Below are positions 29,091 to 38,118 of a stretch of DNA of 53,516 nt, piece after piece. The first letter of the stretch is position 1. Each line of letters begins with the position of its first letter. The notes under the pieces are model-generated. The model searched no databases. It was not told where the DNA came from and saw nothing but the letters and a program-made list of their open reading frames with translations. Source of the DNA: Planctomycetia bacterium (lineage in GTDB: Bacteria; Planctomycetota; Planctomycetia; Pirellulales; UBA7805); contig JAIOQB010000356.1 in the NCBI GenBank assembly GCA_021413585.1, positions 1 through 53,516 of the forward strand, in the 5' to 3' direction. The translations under genes were made by a program, and so were the position numbers.

Positions 29091-29780
29091 TCAGCGGCCG
29101 CGGAGCCGTTTATTCAGAGTAGGCACTGAAACACTGTGCTGTTTGGCGAGCTTTTCAATAGCCTTGGCTCGCGTGCGATTGCCCGTCGTCAACGCAACTA
29201 ATTCGGCGTTCAGGGTATCGGCTGACACATCCTTCAATTTCCTTGTGCCACTGCCGCCTTTCGATGCGTTTCGCTTATTTCCGAACTTCGCGCCGTGCTT
29301 CGCGGCGTTTCGCAAAAGCGATCGCTGGTAGGCCATCCCAGCGCGAAAGGCATAATCTATCGTGGATCGTATGTCCGGCGGTCCCGAGAATGTAGCCCAA
29401 TGCTCTGCTGAATTGCCGTCATCGTTTTCCCAACCAATTAGAATCTGGCCGTGGTATTCAATGCCCAGGCAGTTTTCCCAAATCGTTTGGGCATCGCCTT
29501 GAATTGAATCCGCAACACTGGATCCACGAGGTGGAAACTCTATGACTTTTTTTCTTGCCTCGCGAAGCAACTGCAGTGTTTGCGGCGGATAGCTTTCAGG
29601 CGGGCGGCCCCGCAAGTTGGCCGTGTTTTCGTCTACTTCATAGACGGCTGGTTTTTCTCTGCTCTTTTTGAGAATCGCCAGCGCTGGCGATATCGCATTA
29701 ACCTGCCCGGCTACCGAACCGGCTGAAAACACCTGCCCGATAACGCTACCAGCCTTAGCTTTCGCTTTCTTCTTCGCCAT
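29091..29780 (-). CDS. Hypothetical regulator with C-terminal HTH-like segment
   Basis: MAKKK start with CAGGTGAGC RBS; C-terminal RAKAIEKLAKQHSVSVPTLNKRL. Confidence 0.55.
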   Translation of the reverse strand: MAKKKAKAKAGSVIGQVFSAGSVAGQVNAISPALAILKKSREKPAVYEVDENTANLRGRPPESYPPQTLQLLREARKKVIEFPPRGSSVADSIQGDAQTIWENCLGIEYHGQILIGWENDDGNSAEHWATFSGPPDIRSTIDYAFRAGMAYQRSLLRNAAKHGAKFGNKRNASKGGSGTRKLKDVSADTLNAELVALTTGNRTRAKAIEKLAKQHSVSVPTLNKRLRGR

Positions 29781-29799
29781 GATGCTCACCTGTGGTTGA

Positions 29800-29873
29800 G
29801 CCGAGCCGGCCGGCCATCGTCCCGCAGGTGAGCGCCCGGGAACGATGGCCAGCCGTGTGCAGGGAGCTACCCC
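29800..29873 (-). ncRNA. Putative structured regulatory RNA with anti-RBS loop
   Basis: Stem 29807-29823/29838-29855; loop GCUCACCUGC; 5' GGGUAGCUCCC. Confidence 0.45.
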
Positions 29874-30096
29874 GCGACCCGATGCGTGCATTCTAACGGG
29901 CTTTGACCTTCGTGGGAGTCGCCTGGACGGCCGCCAGCAGCCGGGCCCGGGCCGCGGGCGTCAACGAGGATAGGGCCTCGACCAGCCCCGCGATATCGTC
30001 ATCCGGTGCCCCGTGTGCGCCATAGTGTGCGCTAACTGGCAAAATCCCGGTTTCATCCGGTGAATGTGGACCCTGTTCGAGTCCTGTAACGCCCAT

Positions 30097-30280
30097 TGGC
30101 TCCAAGTTTTCAGCGAGAAATCCGCATAATTCTAGGAGTTGTAGGGTTCCATTCTCCTTCAGTTCGTCCCGCTCCGGGGTAGTCTGCACCACATTTGGTG
30201 CAGTTTCGCCCGCCACGAGCCCAGACGCTTTGGCGAAGTGTGGGCTCCGCACGGTCATTCTGCCGGCCGCCCAGTTGACC
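30097..30280 (-). pseudogene. Internally deleted integrase remnant of a second element
   Basis: About 30242-30279 matches about 20536-20572 almost exactly (NWAAGRMTVRSP) and is fused directly to an HFAKA.. tail. Confidence 0.7.
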
Positions 30281-30327
30281 GCCACCGCATCCTGATTACC
30301 TCGAATCCCCTCCGGCAGGCTGGCGAT

Positions 30328-30450
30328 CAATGGCACTTACTTTGTGGAAAAATCACGTAGTCTCACGAAATGCTAGCTGCGGATTCTTGGGGAATTTGCA
30401 GCTAGCAATTTCACATTGGGCTTCATTCAAACGTAAAGTAAGTGCCATTG
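30328..30450. mobile_element. 123-bp MITE (IS4-like ends)
   Basis: 16-bp perfect TIR CAATGGCACTTACTTT/AAAGTAAGTGCCATTG; 10-bp target duplication GGCTGGCGAT at 30318-30327 and 30451-30460. Confidence 0.85.
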
Positions 30451-30847
30451 GGCTGGCGATGGCGGCGTCCATCCCGCTCTTGACGAGCAAGACCAACAGG
30501 CCGAGCCCTGAACCGGTTACCCGTGCGACATGAGCGGTGGGGATATTGAGCCACGAAAGGTAGGCCGCTTGGGAATATGGAATGTTCGACGCGGCCCAGA
30601 TCCTTGTACTTTGCGTCAATTGCTGTGCTTGCACCCATTTGGTCGATGGCCTAGGTAGATGATTGCACCGAGGCCAAATTGGTGAGGAGGCATAGTAGAT
30701 GTTTTATCGAGCATTGGGTTGAGACGACCAACCCTGTCAATTCGCATTAGGGGGCGTGCTATCGCCACTTCGCCTTCGGTGTGCGGACCGGCTGCCTGAC
30801 AATGTCGATTTGTCAGCACATACTCTCCACCTGCTGTGAAGTCGAGG

Positions 30848-30950
30848 CTTTGCCTCGCACCGCATCGCCCCGCTCAGCGGAGCAACGCGGCGTAACGCTC
30901 TGCACCACTACGCAGCGCGACGCTATGCTTCACAACGCAACGCAACGAAG
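30848..30950. repeat. Degenerate pentamer (NNCGC/CGCAA) tandem array followed by a hairpin
   Basis: ...cctcgcaccgcatcgccccgc...caacgcaacgcaacg; hairpin gcggctacc/ggtagccgc plus T-run at ~30952-30987. Confidence 0.55.
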
Positions 30951-31440
30951 TGCGGCTACCCTTTGCGGTAGCCGCCCACTTTTTTTGCGACGGTCTCCAT
31001 GTGCATACGCGCCCTCACGTTCCCCCTCGAAGATTCACTCCCAAACCTGTGTCGGTATCGGGTGATCTACGGCTATTAGGTAAACAAGCAGGAGCAAGCC
31101 ACCAAGACGGTGCTGGAGCAGGCCGAGCTGCTCTGTGAATCCTGGATTCCTGGTCAGCCCAGTGAGTCCCACCGCAAGTCCATAATGCGGCAATCGTTGA
31201 ACAAACGGTCCATTTCTGAGAAAAGTCATAAAACGGTAGCGTTGCTGGGGAGCGTGCCAAGATTACTTACTAATGGAGCAGGCAATAGGGCCGCCTCGGA
31301 CTTCTCGTCAATGCCCGCGACGGCCCAGCCAATGTTCCCCCCCCCCGGCATGGCCGGCACGAAGCTCACTAATCTCGGATTTTCCAAGCAGTGACTCCTG
31401 TTTTCCTCTCACCGATCGTTTTCACATCCTGCATCAAGCA

Positions 31441-31959
31441 TCACTTCTGGCGCAGCTGCCGGTCATAGGTCCGTTGGCGAAGCTCCTTCATCAAGGCCAA
31501 CTGGGCGGCGTTGGAAACTTGGGTGTGTTTGAGATCCACCACTTCAAGTTCGGGCAGCGCGCGAATCGTTTCCAAACTCGCATCGGTAATCTGGACATCG
31601 ACCAGCAACAGGCTCCGCAAGTGCGTCGCCTTTTTAAGCGGCGCGAGGCCAGCGTCCGTGATCTTGGTATACGACAGATCGACGGAGCGGAGCTGCTCGG
31701 GCAGCGGCACATTCGCCAAGTCTGCATCCGTGATGGAAGATTTCGCCAGGTCGAGCGTCAAGGAGGCGTGCCCGCCGAACCGCTGCACACGATCGTCGTA
31801 GCCACGCAGACTCGTTTCCAGTGCGACACTGGACTCTTCATGGCTCCCAGCAAGGGTCGTCGAACCGCGGGCCCCCCGGCCGCAACCGGCGAGCCAGGGC
31901 AAAAAGCATACGACGATCACCAGCCCGCAGGGCCAGCGAGGGACTTGAGTGGATGCCAT
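31441..31959 (-). CDS. Leucine-rich-repeat lipoprotein
   Basis: LAGC lipobox; LDLAKSSITDADL, VDLSYTKITDAGL, LVDVQITDASL; AAGGAG SD. Confidence 0.8.
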   Translation of the reverse strand: MASTQVPRWPCGLVIVVCFLPWLAGCGRGARGSTTLAGSHEESSVALETSLRGYDDRVQRFGGHASLTLDLAKSSITDADLANVPLPEQLRSVDLSYTKITDAGLAPLKKATHLRSLLLVDVQITDASLETIRALPELEVVDLKHTQVSNAAQLALMKELRQRTYDRQLRQK

Positions 31960-31970
31960 CTGAAATCTCC

Positions 31971-34208
31971 TTAATGTGCCAACCGCAGGCCGGTGAAATA
32001 AGCTTGCAGGCAGAGCATCGCTTCGACCGTTTCGCACAGCCGGCCGCCGTACCACTGCTCAACCGGATTCGTAGGCATCGAAATGCTGCCATTGGAGTGC
32101 CCCGCGTGGCTCTGGTTCGCGAAAAGTTGCAATTGAATCGCCTGATTCCATTGGGTCCACTGCGCCCCGCCTGCGAAATACTTCAGATGCGTCGTCTGCA
32201 TGTTGCAATAAAGCGCACACTGCTGATAGCCGGATTCCACAAAGGGTTGAGTTCGCGAGGCGACGAATTGTTGGATCGCCGCATGACTGGCGGGAACTCC
32301 CGTGTAATACTGAGCCAGCAGACCCTGGGCAGTCGAGCTGTCGTTATAGTTAAACCCCCACACCGGATAGGTTCCGTAGCAGTAACGCGAGCCGATGGTG
32401 ACGCTGCTGTCGGTGATGGGCAATGTGGAACAGGAGGAGGCCAGATAGATCCTGGCCTCATCGAACGCAGACTGAGGGACGCTTAGGCCCGCGCGGGCCG
32501 AAACCCGCAGGGCCGCAACTCCCCAGGCCTCGTGCGACACGTCCGCCAGCGTGTTGTATCGCCAGCCATAGTCGGGGTACCTGCCTGCCAGGGTGAAGCT
32601 GATGGCCCGTTGAACGGCAGCTTTTAGTTGAGCGAGATCCACCTGGCAGCCACCGGGGTCCGTGTCGGTGCAATGACTGTCGACGGCTTGTTTGGTGTTT
32701 TCATACGCCTCGGCCAGGGCCAAATGATTGATCAGATGCGCGTAGCTGGGCGGAGCGTTTGCATCCGCTTCAAAGCTGCCGTTGGGCCATTGCATCGCCA
32801 GTAGATAATTGACCCCTCGGCAAACGGCGTCCTTGTAGGGCCCCTTGACCGGCGAGTTGCCGCTCCCCAACAACGGCAGCAGCGCAAAACCCGTGGCCGC
32901 CGGCGAATGGACAAAAGTCCCCGCGGCGTCCGGGCCGCATTGGCCGTGGCAGTCGGGATGGGTTGAAGACTGAAACGACCAGCTCCCGTCGGCGAACTGG
33001 TGGCGCACAAGCCAATTGGTGGCGTCGGCCACCTGTTGCGGCGCGCCGTTCGACAGGCAAGGATCGGGACCGCTGCTGGTTGGGGGAGTGGGATCGTCGT
33101 TGTAAATCGTCACCCGCGCGTAGTTGCCCGCGGTAAGCTGTTGGCAGGCCGTGCCGCCGAACGTCGGGTTGCGCGGTTCGACGCGAAATGTCTCGTCCGG
33201 CTCGCTGACGTCGTCCCCCAGCACGTTGACCGTCACGGTTTTGCTGATCTGGCCGGCGGTGAACGTGACGGTTTGATTCAGCGCCGTGTAATCCAAGCCG
33301 GCGGTGGCCGTCTCGTCGACCGTGACGACCTGCACGGTGACTGTCTGGCTGGCCACCTGGCTGAGCGTGACAGTGAGCGTCACGGGTGTGATCTGTCCCG
33401 CGGCCCCTTCGTTCACACCGCTGACTGCGGCCGTAACGTTCACGCTGATCGTTGTCGATAGACCCGGGCATGGCGGCGGCGGCCCGGTCGTGCTGCCGCC
33501 CGTGGTGCTGCCGCCACTGGTAGTGGTGCTCGTGGAACCTAACTCGGGCGGGGTTGATCCTAAGGCAAGACAGCCGGCCAGGTTGATGTTCTGGTCTTTC
33601 TCGGGCCGCCAGTACTGCACGTAGTAGACGCAATAGCGGGGATCGATGGCCCGCGGCTCAAAGGTGGCGCTGTGGCCGTCGCCGAGCGTGACGTTTTCGC
33701 GCTGAAAGTGCCGCGCCGCCTGGCCGCCGGGCCAGCCGGTCGTCAGGTCATTCAATTGCGCCAGCGTTTGGCCGATGACTTTGGCTTCGGTCAACTTGTA
33801 GTCCAGCAGCACAATCCGCCCCGCGTCGGGCGCGGAGCTGAACTGCCAGGCATTGGCATTGAAGGCGTAGCTCGATGATTGCGACGGGCTAACATCATCA
33901 GGACAGAAGATGACGCTGGCGCCGCCGGGCAGATACGGACTGATGCGCTGCATCCACGCGCTGCCGCGCACCGGCTGCGACGGGCTGCGGCTGTTGGCCC
34001 GCGTCCAGGCCAGCCACACCTGCCGCTGGTTGCTCGCGCACTGTGACTGCCGCGCCCGTGAGCGCGATGCGCCGATCGCCGGCAGCAGCAGGGCCACCAG
34101 GATCACGATCACCGCGATCACGACCAGCAGCTCGACGAGCGAGAAGCCGCGACGGGATTTCAGATTGCGGATTTCAGATTGTAGATTGGCAGGGCATTCC
34201 ATTGACAT
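31971..34208 (-). CDS. Prepilin-type (DUF1559-like) protein fused to Calx-beta and (alpha/alpha)6 prenyltransferase-like domains
   Basis: [36 protein letters not shown]...ENVTLGDGH, Calx-beta ([36 protein letters not shown]), QFADGSW, GWRY, GGRL. Confidence 0.85.
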   Translation of the reverse strand: MSMECPANLQSEIRNLKSRRGFSLVELLVVIAVIVILVALLLPAIGASRSRARQSQCASNQRQVWLAWTRANSRSPSQPVRGSAWMQRISPYLPGGASVIFCPDDVSPSQSSSYAFNANAWQFSSAPDAGRIVLLDYKLTEAKVIGQTLAQLNDLTTGWPGGQAARHFQRENVTLGDGHSATFEPRAIDPRYCVYYVQYWRPEKDQNINLAGCLALGSTPPELGSTSTTTSGGSTTGGSTTGPPPPCPGLSTTISVNVTAAVSGVNEGAAGQITPVTLTVTLSQVASQTVTVQVVTVDETATAGLDYTALNQTVTFTAGQISKTVTVNVLGDDVSEPDETFRVEPRNPTFGGTACQQLTAGNYARVTIYNDDPTPPTSSGPDPCLSNGAPQQVADATNWLVRHQFADGSWSFQSSTHPDCHGQCGPDAAGTFVHSPAATGFALLPLLGSGNSPVKGPYKDAVCRGVNYLLAMQWPNGSFEADANAPPSYAHLINHLALAEAYENTKQAVDSHCTDTDPGGCQVDLAQLKAAVQRAISFTLAGRYPDYGWRYNTLADVSHEAWGVAALRVSARAGLSVPQSAFDEARIYLASSCSTLPITDSSVTIGSRYCYGTYPVWGFNYNDSSTAQGLLAQYYTGVPASHAAIQQFVASRTQPFVESGYQQCALYCNMQTTHLKYFAGGAQWTQWNQAIQLQLFANQSHAGHSNGSISMPTNPVEQWYGGRLCETVEAMLCLQAYFTGLRLAH

Positions 34209-34361
34209 GATCCTCGTTCGGTGCAATCGGCAATCGTTCCGGGCCCGTTTCATCCACATTCCACATTCTTGCCGCACGCGCGCACCGCCAGACAATCGGT
34301 CGCAATGGAGTTTCAATCAGCGGATCGGGATGGCGGATGTGCCTCCTGCACATCCATCATC

Positions 34362-34445
34362 GTAGGTTCCGCCTGCCGGGCGGTACCTGATGTTCACGTT
34401 ACGCCCCACATCGCAGGGAGGTCACGCCCGGCAGGCGAGACCTAC
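34362..34445. repeat. GTAG-type REP doublet
   Basis: gtaggttccgcctgccgggcggtacct ... aggtcacgcccggcaggcgagacctac. Confidence 0.8.
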
Positions 34446-34455
34446 TTCCAGTCAG

Positions 34456-35340
34456 TCAGCCGCGCGAGCGGCGCTGCTTCCAGCCGACCAACCCCAGCCC
34501 GGCCAGGCCCAGCGCGGCCAGAACGAACGTGCTCGGCTCGGGAACGGCGCCGCCACCTTCCAGCGGCACGACGTCGGCCCACGTGTCGCCGAAGCGAAGC
34601 TCATCAAAGTTGACTCCGGGATCCTGGAACGATGTCATCGAAACCAATTCGAAAGCGAGATTTGAGAATGCGCCGGCGGTCGTAGTGGTGTCGGGGCCGC
34701 CTTCAGTCGCCAGACTCGTGGGATCTGCGTACAAGATCAATGTGTCAACGTCGCCGGCGCCATAGACAATCTTGCCGACAAAGAAATGAACATTTGTGCC
34801 TTGTGCGACCAGAGGCAAGCCGACCAGCGCTCCATTGACGAACAAGGAGGGGGCGACAGCAACACCGTTAATGCCGATTTGGATGGTCCTGGCTCCGTCG
34901 TCTTGCGTCGGGCTGTTGTAGAGTTCATAACCGTTGTAGGGGCCCGGGCTAGTGGAATGAGGCTGATACAGGAAGCTGAAATAGACCGATGTGCCGTCGG
35001 TCCCAAAATTCGTGCTGAGATTCCGCAGCGTCCGCTGGGAGATACCGACGTCAGGGGCCACTTCCGCATGATTGCCGGTCACTGCCAGGTTCAAATACGT
35101 TAATCCCGGCGATACAACCTGGCCAAGAGACCCTGGAAAATCTAAGGTCTGATCACTCCAGGCATTGGACCAGCCGCTGCCGCCATTCTGCCCTGCTAGG
35201 CCACCAACGGGATAGCTGAATCCTTCGTAGACGAGTAACGCCGCTTGGGCCTGTAGTGCAGACAGGGCGACAACTGCGGCAGCGACGGCAAACAGCGAAC
35301 GCGTGACGGTCGATCGTACAAAATTCTTGAGCGATAACAT
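34456..35340 (-). CDS. PEP-CTERM sorting-domain protein
   Basis: Signal peptide; YEGFSY...FDELRFG; VPEPSTFVLAALGLAGLGLVGWKQRR. Confidence 0.9.
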   Translation of the reverse strand: MLSLKNFVRSTVTRSLFAVAAAVVALSALQAQAALLVYEGFSYPVGGLAGQNGGSGWSNAWSDQTLDFPGSLGQVVSPGLTYLNLAVTGNHAEVAPDVGISQRTLRNLSTNFGTDGTSVYFSFLYQPHSTSPGPYNGYELYNSPTQDDGARTIQIGINGVAVAPSLFVNGALVGLPLVAQGTNVHFFVGKIVYGAGDVDTLILYADPTSLATEGGPDTTTTAGAFSNLAFELVSMTSFQDPGVNFDELRFGDTWADVVPLEGGGAVPEPSTFVLAALGLAGLGLVGWKQRRSRG

Positions 35341-35554
35341 TGGCATACCCATGGGTGTTAGAAGTTTGTTTCTGCTGCCGACCGGGAACATCCCCGGGGG
35401 ACGGAAAACGGTGAAAGTTCGAATTGCGAGTTTCGGATTGAGGAGCCGGCGTGTGTGATAAGCGTTCTCCTGGGGGACAGGAAATTATGGATTGTGGATT
35501 TCGGGAGATGGGTGTCGGGCTGTTTCGGTTGCGTCCTTCTTTAATCAGCAATCA

Positions 35555-37345
35555 TCAATTTGAAATCACCTCGATGCGGATATTGTCCAGCCACTGGATG
35601 CCTCCGCCGCCGGAGCCTACCACGGGAAAGCCAAACACGATGTAGCGCGGCGGCGTGGTCCAATCGACCTTCGGCACGGGGGGCTTGAACGTCAGGTCGC
35701 GCACCCAGCCTTCCTTGCCACGCCATTGCGACCGCTGTGCACGAATGTCGCGGAGTTTGCCGTCGGCCACGTCCAATAGCAGCCGCACGCGATACCATTG
35801 AAGTGGGGTCCACTCCACCCGCGGCAGGGCCGGGTCGGCGTCCTTCCACAGCGCGATCTCCGCGCCCGGCCCCACCGCCGACGCAATCGCCAGCGAAGAC
35901 ATCAGCCCCTTGCTCTCGGGCATGATGTCGAACTCGATGAGCACCTCGCAGCGATGGGCAAGCTCCCGGCCGTCGATCTCGTGTCCAATGAGCGGTGGCG
36001 CGTTGGGGGGCAGGCCGGTGAAGGCCAGCGAGACCGCACGGTTACCAACTGGCAGTTTCCCACCAGACGTATCGAGCACCGGTCCCCCCAAAGCGGCCAG
36101 CCTTTCAACTGGGTCGAACACGCCAACCCCTTGATGCTTACGTATCGCTCCCCGTACGACCCAGTGGGCTTTGGATGCATCGATTGGTCCCCGGTCGAGG
36201 GCCTCAAAATCTTCGGCTAGCAGCACGGTGCGTGGCTGACCGTTGAGCTTGTCCAGCGCGAACCGGAACGGATCGGCGGCCGGCAGCGGCTTGACTTCGT
36301 TGGCGGTGACCACGGCGGCTTGGCCGGCGGAGAGGATTTGCGATTTGCGTTTGGGGATTTGCGATTGCGGATCGGTTGGAGCTTGGGACAGTTGGTCGGC
36401 GTCGGTCAGGGCGACCTGGCCGCGGAAGACGTGGACTTCTGTTGAAGCGGCTGTCGGCTGCCGGCTGTCAGCTATCAGCTTGGCTGAAGGCTGATAGCTG
36501 ACGGCTGACGGCACTTTCACAATCACGCCGAATTCTGTGCCCAGGTCCGTCACCGTGCCATCGGGCGTGTGGACCTTGAACCCGCGTGCTGGCTTGGGGA
36601 CGTGGGCGGTGAGACGGCCGTCCGAAAGCCGGCAGGCGCCGGCGTCAACGATGGTGAACTCGGCTGGTCCTTCGAGGATTACCTGAGCCTGGTAGTTGAA
36701 CGTGATCTCGGCTGAGCCGCTTTCGAGCTTGAGCTGCTGGCCCGGGGCTAAAGCGTCGCCCGTGGGAGCGATACCATCGTGCCATTTCGCGTCCGTCGCG
36801 CGGGCCAGTGTGGCGGCCGGGCCGTTCGGGGCAGTCGCCACCAGGCCGGGACCGTGATTCGTCGCTGGCCAAAACACGATTACCAGCATGCCCACGACAA
36901 CGAGTCCGGCCAGCGAACAGAGCGTGTAGGGATGGGCGACGATGGCGAGCGTGGAATGCAGCAGGTTGGTAAGCGGGCGGTTCCCCGGCAACGGTGTGCC
37001 TCTCGGTGCTGTAACGACTGGCCGTGGCGGGTGGCTGATGTTCGAGGGACTTGGTGTGGCCGAGTCTTTCTGTGGCCACCCTTGAATGGCGGCCAGCAGC
37101 ACCGGATCGATGTCGGCGCTGGGCAGCGGCGAATCAGCCGCGGCTTCGCCGGTGAAACCACGGCGGCGCAGACTGATCGAATCGTAGACGAACTCGACAT
37201 ACCAGCGGCGGGCGGTGGGATTGTTGCACACCAGTTCGTGCAGTCGCGCGGCATCGGCACTCGACGCGTCGCCTTGCCGGCAGGCGTCCGCCAACGCGTA
37301 CAATTCTTGCTTAAGAACATTGTGAATAGCTTCTGCATCGCTCAT
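35555..37345 (-). CDS. FecR-like anti-sigma factor
   Basis: TM helix; LKLESGSAEITF..VILEGPAEF..GFKVHTPDGTVTDLGTEFGV..TEVHVFRG. Confidence 0.88.
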   Translation of the reverse strand: MSDAEAIHNVLKQELYALADACRQGDASSADAARLHELVCNNPTARRWYVEFVYDSISLRRRGFTGEAAADSPLPSADIDPVLLAAIQGWPQKDSATPSPSNISHPPRPVVTAPRGTPLPGNRPLTNLLHSTLAIVAHPYTLCSLAGLVVVGMLVIVFWPATNHGPGLVATAPNGPAATLARATDAKWHDGIAPTGDALAPGQQLKLESGSAEITFNYQAQVILEGPAEFTIVDAGACRLSDGRLTAHVPKPARGFKVHTPDGTVTDLGTEFGVIVKVPSAVSYQPSAKLIADSRQPTAASTEVHVFRGQVALTDADQLSQAPTDPQSQIPKRKSQILSAGQAAVVTANEVKPLPAADPFRFALDKLNGQPRTVLLAEDFEALDRGPIDASKAHWVVRGAIRKHQGVGVFDPVERLAALGGPVLDTSGGKLPVGNRAVSLAFTGLPPNAPPLIGHEIDGRELAHRCEVLIEFDIMPESKGLMSSLAIASAVGPGAEIALWKDADPALPRVEWTPLQWYRVRLLLDVADGKLRDIRAQRSQWRGKEGWVRDLTFKPPVPKVDWTTPPRYIVFGFPVVGSGGGGIQWLDNIRIEVISN

Positions 37346-37893
37346 TCTTTTGCATCCTTGCGGAGCGAATCGTCAACGCACCGTGATACGGCGAGCCGGC
37401 TGCGGATGATGGAGTGCTTCACCGCATCCGAAGTGCGGCCCGTCGCTGCCGCGACTTGCTGCATGGTTTCACGGCCGGCGTAGTAGCGCAGAAGAAGCCT
37501 GCGATGAGCGGCGGCAAGCTTTTGGAGACAAATCTCCAGGGCCGAGTAGCGACTACTCAGGTGGTCGTCGGAGAGTTCAAATTCCTGGGCCACGGACTCC
37601 AGAAAGTTTGGATCGCTCAGTTCGGCCCGCTGCGACGATTGCTTGCGGAAAGTTAGCACCTGATAGTAGGCGATCGTTCGCGCCCAGGCACCGAAATCCT
37701 TCGTGTCGTCGTAACGGTCAAACTCCTGCCAGAGCAGAATCCTGGTCTGCTGAACGATCTCATCCGCATCAGCCCACTGTGGCACCAAGGAGGCAATAAA
37801 CGCCTGCAACCCCTGCTCATGCTTGCCGAGCAACTGCAGAAAGTCGGTGGTGCGCCGGTCTTTACCGGCCGATGAGTGGGATGATGCGGTCAC
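37342..37893 (-). CDS. ECF sigma-70 factor (planctomycete type)
   Basis: LQAFIASLVP..ADEIVQQTRILLWQEFDRYD..FGAWARTIAYYQV; region 4 LEICLQKL...RYY. Confidence 0.9.
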   Translation of the reverse strand: MTASSHSSAGKDRRTTDFLQLLGKHEQGLQAFIASLVPQWADADEIVQQTRILLWQEFDRYDDTKDFGAWARTIAYYQVLTFRKQSSQRAELSDPNFLESVAQEFELSDDHLSSRYSALEICLQKLAAAHRRLLLRYYAGRETMQQVAAATGRTSDAVKHSIIRSRLAVSRCVDDSLRKDAKE

Positions 37894-38118
37894 GAGCGTT
37901 TCTCTTTGATGCTTCAGTACAACGCTGCGCGGCGGAAACGGAACAGCTAAGTTCTACCAACTTGGGCGCGAAACGAAAAAAAGCGCCATACGCCGAGGGG
38001 GGGAAATCGGTCGTAAGTGTGAACTGTGGCTGTTAACATACTGACACAATAGAAGTTAGAGATTTCGAACATTTTTTCAGAATCTCAGCGCCGCGGTCTG
38101 GTACGCGTCTTTGCCAAT

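Larger units (their letters stand above)
20042..30096. mobile_element. ~10-kb integrated phage-satellite/PICI-like element
   Basis: 22-bp direct repeat gttcgagtcctgtaacgcccat at 20042-20063 and 30075-30096; carries integrase, Xis-like HTH, AAA helicase and tape-measure-like genes, all on the minus strand. Confidence 0.9.

Noticed and set aside
29893-30336. 147-aa ORF as a real gene
   Set aside because: It is a chimera: start inside the MITE, then hsdR-like and integrase remnants, the att core and the excision-dependent integrase tail.
30423-30638. DAKYK as an McrC-like nuclease motif
   Set aside because: Short match in fragmented sequence with no supporting context.
31240-31262. Sigma54 promoter on the minus strand
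   Set aside because: GG-to-GC spacing is off by one base.
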